Program-made: the position numbers and the translations under genes
Notes under the pieces: model-generated
Told to the model about the DNA's origin: nothing
Seen by the model: only the letters and a program-made list of their open reading frames with translations
Database searches by the model: none
Assembly (NCBI GenBank): GCA_000004985.1
Contig: GG738846.1
DNA from: Naegleria gruberi
Lineage: Eukaryota
Direction: 5' to 3' (one strand)
Length of the DNA stretch: 64,000 nt
Shown: in pieces, positions 1 through 9,600 of the stretch
Layout: each line of letters opens with the position of its first letter
How positions within the stretch are numbered: position 1 is the first letter of the stretch

Positions 1-1377
1 CTCAAGTGATCTCTTAAACTCATCAATATCTTCGTCCTTGTCAGCTAATTGCTTTTCCAATAGTTGAATCTTCTTGTTTGCCTCTTCCAATTTCTTGGAC
101 TTGTTCGACTCTTCTTCTAGTTTAGCTTGCAAAATCTTAATATTTTCCTTGTGCTCCTGTTCATTCTTCTCTTGTGAACTCAATTTTTTTTCTAATTCTT
201 CAATTTTAGCAGATGCTTCACCATTTAACTTTTCAATAATCTCTTCTAAGAACTCTTGGTCAATTACAATATTATCCTCATCTATTTGACTTTCCTCTGG
301 TTGGATAAATAGATTTGTTTTCAAATCGCGCAATTGAGGTGTTTGAGGGGATTGTGAGAAAAACTTAGGAACATGTTCATCAACAGTTATTTCTCCTTCT
401 AATCCACCAAGTTCTGCTTCTTCATGGTTATTTTCTTGTGCCTCCTCTTCATCCTCGTTGTATTCAGAAAGGGTGTTATTAATCTCCTCAGAGTCTATCA
501 TTTCTTGATCGATTGAGTCCTCCTCATCCTCATAATCTTCTAGACCTTCAAAATCTTCATCCTCATTGTCATCATCTTGTTCAACTTTTGCTTTCTTGTT
601 TTTTTCTTCTTCTTCATCTCTCTTCCTCTTGTTTCTTTCTCGAATGTATTCATCAAACTTTTCCTGATATCCTTGTAAATAGGATGGATTGTTGTACTTT
701 GAATAAATCAAAAGTCTTCCATCTAGATCAATAATATCGCCATTTGATATGCTGACTCTATTTGTGTTAATAATATCATTCTCGTCGGTGTCACAATTTT
801 TGTAAGCAACTCCATTCACCACTACCAAGGCTCCTTCCTCTAAAATTAATACTGTACTATTGTCCAAATAGGTTAAATGACAATGATTTTCCAATATTGG
901 CCAATCCTTATTGACTGCTCTCTTAATTTGTACATTGTTTGACTTTTCATCAGTTCCGAATCTAATTTCTGAAAGATAATTTTGTTCACTGGCTGAATAA
1001 TCCTCAGAGTTTGGATCTAACTTCCACAGTGTCATTAGATCTTGTCTAACAGCTTTTTTTGCATTCGAGTATACAACTAGATATCCCACTGGCTCGGGTG
1101 GTGATATTATAAGTTTTCCTACATCCCTTAACTTTCTTTTTGGTTCAATACTATTCTTTTCAATATTACTGCTACTACTGGTAGGGTTTGCTTCCTCTAC
1201 AGAGGAAGAAAATGAAACTTTCTTCTTTTCACTTGTATTGATTTGTTTACTTTCTAACTTGTTTGATTTTGATGTTTGTGAGTCTTTCTTGTTGTTTCGG
1301 GTCTTGTCGTTTGAAGATGATGATTGTTTACTCTTCCGATTTTTATCAGCTGTATTCTTTGATGAGTTTCTATTCAT
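1..1377 (-). CDS. Partial CDS, C-terminus runs off the window start. FHA-domain protein with an acidic region and a long C-terminal coiled coil.
   Basis: Minus-strand frame is open from the ATG (complement of 1375-1377) to position 1. The ORF track omits it because the stop lies outside the window. Translation: MNRNSSKNTADKNRKS...; FHA-like core ...IKRAVNKDWPILENHCHLTYLDNSTVLILEEGALVVVNGVAY...ISNGDIIDLDGRLLIYS; then a DE-rich stretch and heptad-rich EELEKKLSSQEKNEQEHKENIKILQAKLEEE. Confidence 0.5.
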   Translation of the reverse strand, partial: MNRNSSKNTADKNRKSKQSSSSNDKTRNNKKDSQTSKSNKLESKQINTSEKKKVSFSSSVEEANPTSSSSNIEKNSIEPKRKLRDVGKLIISPPEPVGYLVVYSNAKKAVRQDLMTLWKLDPNSEDYSASEQNYLSEIRFGTDEKSNNVQIKRAVNKDWPILENHCHLTYLDNSTVLILEEGALVVVNGVAYKNCDTDENDIINTNRVSISNGDIIDLDGRLLIYSKYNNPSYLQGYQEKFDEYIRERNKRKRDEEEEKNKKAKVEQDDDNEDEDFEGLEDYEDEEDSIDQEMIDSEEINNTLSEYNEDEEEAQENNHEEAELGGLEGEITVDEHVPKFFSQSPQTPQLRDLKTNLFIQPEESQIDEDNIVIDQEFLEEIIEKLNGEASAKIEELEKKLSSQEKNEQEHKENIKILQAKLEEESNKSKKLEEANKKIQLLEKQLADKDEDIDEFKRSLE

Positions 1378-1553
1378 TTTTTCTAAATTTTTTATTCTTT
1401 CACCTCCAGCAAAAACTCGATTTCGTTTATTTACAAGAAGTTTGACCAAAACTTAATTTTTAATTTTAAAATTAAATAAAAATCAAAAAAATCAGAATTA
1501 AACTTAATTTACTTGTTTAAAAAGGTAATTCACAAAGAAAAATCTGAGAAAAA

Positions 1554-2255
1554 ATGTGCCAACATCATCAAATGATACACTCAATGATGCATTCATCATC
1601 GTCGGGAATGGACCATATGATGCAAAATTCCAAACCAATGATGATGGATATGGGTGGTAACTCTACTCATCACATGTTAATGTATTTCTCACCACAATCA
1701 TTCGAACCATTTGTTAAATATATTCTTTTTCAAAATTGGAATGCGGATAATGAATGGAAATATGCCCTCTCAGTAATTGGAATCTTTTTAATTGCCTTCT
1801 TTAATCAATTTATTTTCTTTGCTCTCCATGTTCAAGTCGACCGAAAGAAGAGAAGAATTTTGCACTATGTAATTTCATATATTTGTAAACCACTCGGATT
1901 CTTTTTGGAAATGTCTATAGGGTATCTACTCATGTTAGTTTCAATGACCTATAATTTTGGACTCTTTATGGCAATTGTGATGGGCAACTTTGTTGGCTAT
2001 ATCATCTTTAACATGATTTGTACAAGCATGTTGGAAGGACATTATCATCAAGATCAAGTTGAAGAAGAGGAAAAGGAAGAGGAAGTTGAGCATGAATGTT
2101 GTAAGAAGAGAAAGGAATATGAAAAGATCAATGATACTGATGTGAAACGTTATGATGGATTTACATCAACTTCTATGAATATTCAACGTAATAATTTTGA
2201 TGATTTTGTAGAAGGTGCTAGTCCTTCTGTTAGACATCTTCACGATGAATATTAA
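1554..2255 (+). CDS. Ctr-family high-affinity copper transporter
   Basis: Met/His-rich N-terminus (MxxM clusters). TM2 carries MxxxM (MSIGYLLMLVSM). TM3 carries GxxxG (MGNFVGYIIF). Three predicted TM helices and an acidic C-tail. Confidence 0.75.
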   Translation: MCQHHQMIHSMMHSSSSGMDHMMQNSKPMMMDMGGNSTHHMLMYFSPQSFEPFVKYILFQNWNADNEWKYALSVIGIFLIAFFNQFIFFALHVQVDRKKRRILHYVISYICKPLGFFLEMSIGYLLMLVSMTYNFGLFMAIVMGNFVGYIIFNMICTSMLEGHYHQDQVEEEEKEEEVEHECCKKRKEYEKINDTDVKRYDGFTSTSMNIQRNNFDDFVEGASPSVRHLHDEY

Positions 2256-2295
2256 ATCATAATTTTAGTATTATTAAAAATCATTCTTATTTATT

Positions 2296-2697
2296 CTACC
2301 TATTAATTTCTATTTTGTGATGAATTGGATTTAATTTTAAATTATCAAATAAAATCTTGTAACGAATCAACCAAATCAGATTGGCCATTTGCTTGACAAT
2401 GAATGGACTCACTCTATCCTTCAAGGTGACAGTGAAAAAATTGGTCACATAGGATATAACTTGATAAGTCATTGAAGGTTTTGTGGAGAGAAGAACAGAG
2501 GAATGTTTGGCATTGGAGTGCATTGTCAAATCACAAAGTAACATGTTGGAAAAATACAATTCCGTATTGAAGAGTGCATAATGTGCTGGAAAAGTTTCTT
2601 TAATAGTATTGATAAAACTAAAGTCTTTCCGAACCTCTATTGTGTTCAAAGAAGAAGAAGGTACTATTGATGTATTATTATTATCCTTCACATTCAT
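2296..2697 (-). CDS. Small longin/sedlin-like protein, possibly a TRAPPC2L-type TRAPP subunit
   Basis: 133 aa. ...YQVISYVTNFFTVTLKDR... resembles the TRAPPC2L core (YKVYGYVTNSKVKFVMVVD). Weak family assignment. Confidence 0.35.
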   Translation of the reverse strand: MNVKDNNNTSIVPSSSLNTIEVRKDFSFINTIKETFPAHYALFNTELYFSNMLLCDLTMHSNAKHSSVLLSTKPSMTYQVISYVTNFFTVTLKDRVSPFIVKQMANLIWLIRYKILFDNLKLNPIHHKIEINR

Positions 2698-2799
2698 CTA
2701 TTTTTTTTAAGTCAATAAATGCAGCTCACTTTACAAAATCGTAGAATTCTAAACACTTTACATTAGTATCACAATTTGCATGTTATAAAAGTAATAATA

Positions 2800-4944
2800 T
2801 TATTCCAAGAAAGATGGCTTTGGCATTTGTTTGCTCTTTTTAAAATTGCCAATTAAATCAGAAAATCTAGAAAGAGAGGCCTTATCAGAACCTTTTGGTG
2901 GATTGGCCAGTAAATGAACTTCAATAAATTCTAGAATCTTGGCAAATTGAGCCTTATAGATTTGATGCATCTTGTAACCAGCAATTCTCAAGAATGAATC
3001 TAAAATTTCCAATGTAAACATTGTTGGACGTGAGTTCAAGAAGGCAGCTAGCCATTCCCAACCCTTCTCAATACCATACTTGTGACCTGGTGGATTATTT
3101 TGAATAATCATGGCATATATTGTAATAATATCATTCATTCTATTCATGTATTGAGATTGACTTTCCATTTCGCCATCCTCTTCCTTGAAGCCAAGTTTTT
3201 TCTTCAAATCAGAAGCATCAGTAACTTCATAAGGGAAGTATGGAATTGTAAAGATGCAATTGGTATGAATGTATCCAATCACAGCATCCAAAATTTCAGG
3301 AGAATCATTCATCAATTCAGATGTTACCTCAATGAATGGTAACACCTTCTTCAAATCACTAGTTTGACTTGCTGCTTGATCCACAATGGTTCTAGCATAA
3401 AAGTACAAACAAAAGTAGAATACATCCTTCTTGACCTTTTGCTTGGACATTATTTGATTGATTTCCTTTACAATTTCTCTCTGGTTAGTTTCTGTTATTC
3501 TGTTAATGGTCTTGTTAATGAGCTTTTTGGCAGCATCCATTTCTGGTTTTAGTTGGGGATCCATTCTCTTTTGGAACGATGCATACATTTCCTCCATTCT
3601 GTCAACATAAATTTTGGCAATAACGTAGGTTTTTGGTCTGGTAAAGTTTGGAACGGTAAGGGTTTTCTTAGGTCCAGAATATGGATTAACAATGGAAATG
3701 TCACTCTTTTCGGCTGGAGTTTCTTCTGCAGTACCGATACTATTTGGTTGTTGAGGTTTGATAGGAGAAACGTTAATTTCAGCTGGGGCAGTGGCAGCGA
3801 TGGCAGCTTGTCTTTTCTTTTCTTCTTCTTCGGCAGCTTTTCTCCTTTCTTCTTCGAGTTTTTCACGAGCAATTCTCTCTTGTTCTGCTTTTATCTTGGC
3901 GATACGTTCTTGCTCTGCCTTAATTTTAACAAGTCGTTCTTGTTCTACCTTTCTAATTTCTTCATTTTCACATTCGACAAGTTTGAGAATTTCTGCAAGT
4001 TCCTTTTCGATGTTTTGTCTAGAATTTTGCTTTCTAATATGGAGTTCTTCAAGTGCTTTCTTAGTGTCCTGTTGATGAATAATTGGTGTCTGGGTTGTTT
4101 GAATTTTGATTGATGTAGGTATAGATTTTTTGGAGTAAATTTCAGAGAATTCTTCAAGAGTCGATTCTACTGGAATAATTCTTCTCTCTGGTCTGGAAAT
4201 ATCAATAGGGATAGGTGGAATGTTGTCATCTTCGTCTTCCAAATCAAGGCCATACCGTCCTGAAGAGTAGATATTGGTAGGAGTGACTGCTACTGGTTCA
4301 TAAAATTTTACATTCATATTAATATTATCACAGTCTTTTAGTGATTCTGATAGATTGGCTACCAAGTCCACTTTTCTCTTCTGTTCTTCAGAAATTAAAT
4401 CTAATGGAGCGGATCCAAGTTTCCTCTTTTCCACATGATTGATAGATTTTACCAATATTGGTTTAATAACTCGGGATGGTGTGATGTGTTCTAAATCCTC
4501 ATCCGATTGCTGATTTTTCCTAATATTTTCTCCATCTTGATTCAATTTTTCTATTGTATTATTATTATTTTCTGAAGTATTGGTATTTATATTTACTCGC
4601 TTTTTTGGTCTATCCTTGTTGATTTCCTTTCGTGATAATAAATAATTATTTACTAGATTACTAATTTCCGTTCCTTTAGTAAGTAGTGAAGTTGTTCCAA
4701 CAACAATAAATATCATTAAAATGGAGACCCAACCATTTGTTGTTCCAAAAAGCAGAGAGGAAAATAAGTCATTCTCCGTGTTGTTTTTTTCTTCATCACC
4801 CGAGTTGGTTTTTAAAATTTCTTCTTGGTCATCCATGAGAACAGACGAACATTCAGCCATTTCCGACAATAAGAAACCTCCTAAACACGATGCTATAACA
4901 AATATTAAACCAATGACGAAGGATATTCTAACATGTTGTTTCAT
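2800..4944 (-). CDS. Coiled-coil protein with a GLE1-like C-terminal domain (putative mRNA-export factor / nucleoporin). The N-terminal hydrophobic segment may mean the true start lies downstream.
   Basis: Central KAEQERIAKIKAEQERIAREKLEEERRKAAEEEE coiled coil. C-terminal ...SQSQYMNRMNDIITIYAMIIQNNPPGHKYGIEKGWEWLAAFLNSRP... fits the conserved GLE1 region (Y..RM......YAAI.Q....HP.G...GW.WLAR.LN). Confidence 0.45.
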   Translation of the reverse strand: MKQHVRISFVIGLIFVIASCLGGFLLSEMAECSSVLMDDQEEILKTNSGDEEKNNTENDLFSSLLFGTTNGWVSILMIFIVVGTTSLLTKGTEISNLVNNYLLSRKEINKDRPKKRVNINTNTSENNNNTIEKLNQDGENIRKNQQSDEDLEHITPSRVIKPILVKSINHVEKRKLGSAPLDLISEEQKRKVDLVANLSESLKDCDNINMNVKFYEPVAVTPTNIYSSGRYGLDLEDEDDNIPPIPIDISRPERRIIPVESTLEEFSEIYSKKSIPTSIKIQTTQTPIIHQQDTKKALEELHIRKQNSRQNIEKELAEILKLVECENEEIRKVEQERLVKIKAEQERIAKIKAEQERIAREKLEEERRKAAEEEEKKRQAAIAATAPAEINVSPIKPQQPNSIGTAEETPAEKSDISIVNPYSGPKKTLTVPNFTRPKTYVIAKIYVDRMEEMYASFQKRMDPQLKPEMDAAKKLINKTINRITETNQREIVKEINQIMSKQKVKKDVFYFCLYFYARTIVDQAASQTSDLKKVLPFIEVTSELMNDSPEILDAVIGYIHTNCIFTIPYFPYEVTDASDLKKKLGFKEEDGEMESQSQYMNRMNDIITIYAMIIQNNPPGHKYGIEKGWEWLAAFLNSRPTMFTLEILDSFLRIAGYKMHQIYKAQFAKILEFIEVHLLANPPKGSDKASLSRFSDLIGNFKKSKQMPKPSFLE

Positions 4945-6633
4945 TTTTTCAAAAAATTTGTAAATAATAATTTAATTTCTTGCCCTTTAATTTTGTTGAA
5001 ATAATGTTAGATTGAGTAATTTTCATCATTTTGCTCCAATTGAACATGCACCATTAAAAATCAACAATATATATGAAGCCATTGTTAGGCTCATTTGGAC
5101 GGTGTTACTTTACACTTTTATAATAACGTAACACTCAAGATATCAAAAACCTCAATAACAAATGAACCACCCTCCTCACTCGATACTCACTCAACAATAC
5201 TGTTTGAAGCAGCAGAAGATGTTAATGAATGGGAGATATAGTGTAATTCTCATGGTAGTATTAGTCATTGTAATGTGTAACGTGTGTATGAAATCAATTT
5301 AATTGGTGCTTTACATAATCACCATCCCACCAATGTTATTGAGTGGAGTGGAGTTGTGTTTATCAATCAAAACATGACCATACATTTTAATACTGCATTG
5401 GCAATTAGGGATGATGCAACTATTGTGTTCTATGTGGATAAAGAGGAAAAACTAAATCTTGATTATTACATTCGAAAGAGGTGATCTAAAGATTGGATCA
5501 AGAGTTCAGTTTCTTAGTTTGAGTATGTTTAGAGGGACACAAAAAACTCCAGCTCAAACAGCTTTCAATACTGAAGATTGGGGATTCTTTTTCAGATACT
5601 ATTGATGAGAATCATGCAGTTAATACACTCAACCTTAACTCTGTAACAGTAATGGAAAGTAGAAGATTTCAAAGTGGATCCCCAACTTTGGCCATTTCCA
5701 ATCTCAATTCGCAGAGATTGTCATTTTGAAGGAGGGAATTCAATTTCTGCAACTGTTATTGACTAAACCTTTGAGTTGGTGTCCTGTCTCCCCTTGTATC
5801 CATTTCAAATACATCATTTGATAATTCAATGGCAACAAAGTCTGGTATTGCAGTACTCAACAATTTACAAAGGAAAGTTGTAATGGATATAACAGATTCT
5901 AGGTTTACTAATATATTTGGAGTTTTAATTGCGTCAGATAATATCGTTGAAAGGTGCTATGGCTCTCCAGATTTGACTTTCTCCCTTATTCACATGTCAC
6001 ACACAGTGTATCGGCTCTCTTTTGATAAACAAAGTATTCCTGACAATTCCAATATATATACAAAATTGAGTCTTTTTCATTTTGGAAGCTTGAACGAAAC
6101 TGTTTCATTCTCCAACATCAGACTTCTGTTATAGAGGAATAACAAAGTCTAACTATATGTTCAACACAACTTTTAACTATTGGGGATCAAATGTTGACAA
6201 GTCAAAGAATTTGGAACCTTGGACAACTTATTCGCTTATATCTGAAAAACTTTCTCCAACCACTGCATTTTTATTTGTCCCTTACTACTTGGAGTCCAAA
6301 TGTACATGATATATTGGAATATATATTCCACCCCTCAAGTCAACTCATCCTGTTCATTCTTCGGCAGAATTGGAAAATCAGTATGTGTGGATGGATTGTT
6401 GTTGTGTCTTTCTGTTGCAGTTTTTGTTGTGATTATTTCAGTTGTATTGGTTTTGCTTTCTATAATGTTGGAGAAGAAAGAGAAGTAGTTATTTGGCTAT
6501 TAACTAACCGTATGCACATAAATAATCAGTGATATCAATATTAGCAATTCATAACAATTTAATGGATTTAGCACTTGCTTGGTACTTTTTGGAGTAAAAA
6601 GTAGTGATTAATTACAATACATTTTTTTGTGTC

Positions 6634-9600
6634 TTAATCCTCTTCATCAGATGGAATAAATTCGTCACCATCATCTTCGCCATCCTCTGGTTCACTGGCT
6701 TCACTATCAGAAAGTTCAATTATTTCCTCCTCCTCTTCTTCTTCATCCTCAGATTCCACCTTCTTATTGGCTCTGGTTGTCCTAACAGGTCTACCTCTGG
6801 CTTTAGGCTCTTCTTTATCTTCTTCAGCATCAGAAACAACAACTTCTTCAGCTTTCTTCTTCAATTCAAAAAAGTCTGTAATACTGGTTTTCCTCTTTTT
6901 GGTTGGTGGTTTTGTTTCCCTGGTCTTTATAGGGGCAGTGATAAGTTCCTCATCCTCTTGTTTTTCGTCACTCTGACTGCTACTGGCAGCTGGTTGGGCA
7001 GGAGTTGTTGCAGCAGAAGTTTTCCTCTTGACTCTCTCTGCAAATGAAAGTTCTTCCTCAGGTTCTTCATCTTTTTTTTCCTCCGCAAGTTCTTCATTCT
7101 TTGTGAAGGATAATTTGGTTTGCTTGGCAGCACTTCTATTCGATTTCACTGCTTTTGGTTTTGCTTCTTCTTCTTCTTCTTCATCATCGTCTTCATCGTC
7201 TTCATCGTCTTCCTCAACTTGTTTTTTGGTAGCTGGTTTTCTGCCACGTTTTGGTTTTTCATCGTCTTTGTCATCTTTCTTTTTAGCTGCAGGCTTTCTT
7301 CCTCGTTTTGGCTTCTCTTCCTTTTCTTCATCTTCCTCTTCGTCAGATTCTTCCTTTACTACCTTTTTGGCAGCTGGTTTTCTGCCACGTTTTGGCTTTT
7401 CTTCCTTTTCTTCTGCATCGTCTTCATCCTCTTCTTTCTTTACAGCTGGTTTTCTACCACGTTTTGGCTTTTCATCATCGTCAGCTTGTTCTTCTTTCTT
7501 TACAGATGTAGCCCTCTTTCTGGTGGTCTTGACCTTGGCTGTTGACTCATTTACGACAATGTCAGGTCTTAGTTTGGAAGTGGCACGATAACCCTTAGGT
7601 CTTGGAATTTTACCATGTTTTCCTCTTTCCTTTTCAATTTTCTTAAGGTAAAAGTCAAACTCCTTTTGTTCCTTTTGCTCATATGAATCTAACTTTTCCA
7701 AAAATTCGTCCAACTCAGAAAGCCACATTGTTTCAGGTTTAGTATTTTCCAACTGTTCAACTTCCTTTACCTTTTCCTCTTTTTCTTTTTCTAATTTCTT
7801 TACTTTCTCAACAGTTAATGACCACAAAGGCATGGACAAAAGATAATTGTATCCGTCAGTAAGATCTGCAACATCCTTTTCTTCATCCTCTTCTTCCTCT
7901 TCTTCCTCGTTTTGGATATCTCCTGCTGCTGCAATCTTCTTTTCCTTTGGGAATGAAGAATACTTCTTTGTTTTGAGTTCTTTTAACAGGTCTGCCTTCT
8001 TTCTCTTTTTCACTTGGATGGTTTCGTTAATAACTTCCATTATAAATCTGACCTTGTTGGAAAGGATTTCTAATTCCTTCTTCATCTTTTCTAGCATGTA
8101 TTCTTTTCTTTTGCCATAGAATTTCAATCTAATTGGATAAAACTCCTTCAAAATGTCCAAAACAGTTTCATATTCTTTGATACCACCCTCTTCAGAAAAT
8201 AAAACCATATTACTAGTAGAGAATTTCTTAAACAATTTAAAGTAGTCATATAGCCCAGCGTCTTCAGCATCTTTCATTTGCTTATCAGTCATTTTAACTG
8301 TGAAAGAGACAGTTACATCAGTGTGATTTTCTCTGAAATCGTCTACTTGTTGAGCTTCCATCATTTTTTCCAGACGTTCTTTGAATGATTCTGTCCATAT
8401 CCTAATTGGTAACTCACTGATATCAAGTGTATTATCATCGATTTTCTCAATGACACCCTTGGTTTGCCATTTGGTTGGAGCTAATCTTTCAATAATACCA
8501 TCAAAGCCTTTATACCATGGATGGAACTCCTTAGCTTCTTCTCCCTTAATCAGTGCCTTGAGTCCTTCGACAATATCAACTGGATTATAGGTTTCAATGT
8601 TTGTAGACCAGGCAGTACCAATACCTTCGGATCCATTTACTAACACCATTGGGAGAATTGGAACGTAAAATCTTGGTTCTATTGATTGACCGTCATCATC
8701 CAAATATTCAAGTACTGGATCATCAGCCTTAGGGAAAATGTATCTGGTAATTTCTGATAATTTTGTAAAGATATATCTGGGACTGGCAGAATCCTTTCCT
8801 CCTTGAAGACGAGTACCAAACATACCACCTGGATAAAGCAAGTTGATATTGTTGCTACCAACAAAATTTTGAGCCATATTTACAACTGTACCATTCAAGC
8901 TGTCTTCACCATGATGGTAGGCTGATTGTTCTGAAACGTAACCGGCAAGCTGAGCAACCTTGATTTCCTTTTTGAGGTTTCTCTTGAAACAACTGAATAA
9001 GATTTTTCTTTGACCAGGTTTTAAACCATCAACAATACTAGGAATAGATCTCTTACAGTCAGCCTTAGAGAAGAGAATCAATTCCTTATCAATAAAGTCT
9101 GTATATGAAATTTCCTTCTTGGAGTGATCAATGTAGGTACCTTCTTGATGATTATTTAGCCATTCCTTTCTTTCATCTGTGGCAGCCTTGGAAAATACAG
9201 AGGTGATCTTTTTATCACAATCAGTATCATACTTGAATCTCTTTTGGTGGAGAGACATATTTGAAAAGTATTCCTTTGCTTCTGGTGCTGTTGAAGTACC
9301 CAAACCCTTGTAGTATTTAATAGTCCAACCTTTTGTATCTGAAAGTCCTTCTTTCCATGTTTCATATTCAGGAATACTGAAAAAGGTTACAGCTTTCTTG
9401 GTACGATTGTTAGTTGCTTTTACGATTGGTGTTATGAATTCTTTCAAAAATCCAGGTATTTTGAGTAAGCTTGGCCAGAATTTGTGAATAAAATTAATGA
9501 GTAAACCTTTGATGTGTGAACCGTCGTGATCTTGATCAGCCATGATCATAATACTACCATATCTGAGGGATTTGATATCCTCCTTTGTGTATGTCTTATC

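Noticed and set aside
3082-4113. Several + strand ORFs (86-186 aa) inside the GLE1-like gene. Similar S-rich or F-rich ORFs lie antisense to TOP2 (7028..7591, 7120..7545), the cyclase (14157..14546), PDI (16906..17592) and others.
   Set aside because: They are shadow ORFs on the strand opposite clearly homologous long genes. Their low-complexity composition (poly-S, poly-F) is the reverse-complement signature of the sense gene's acidic, Lys-rich codons.
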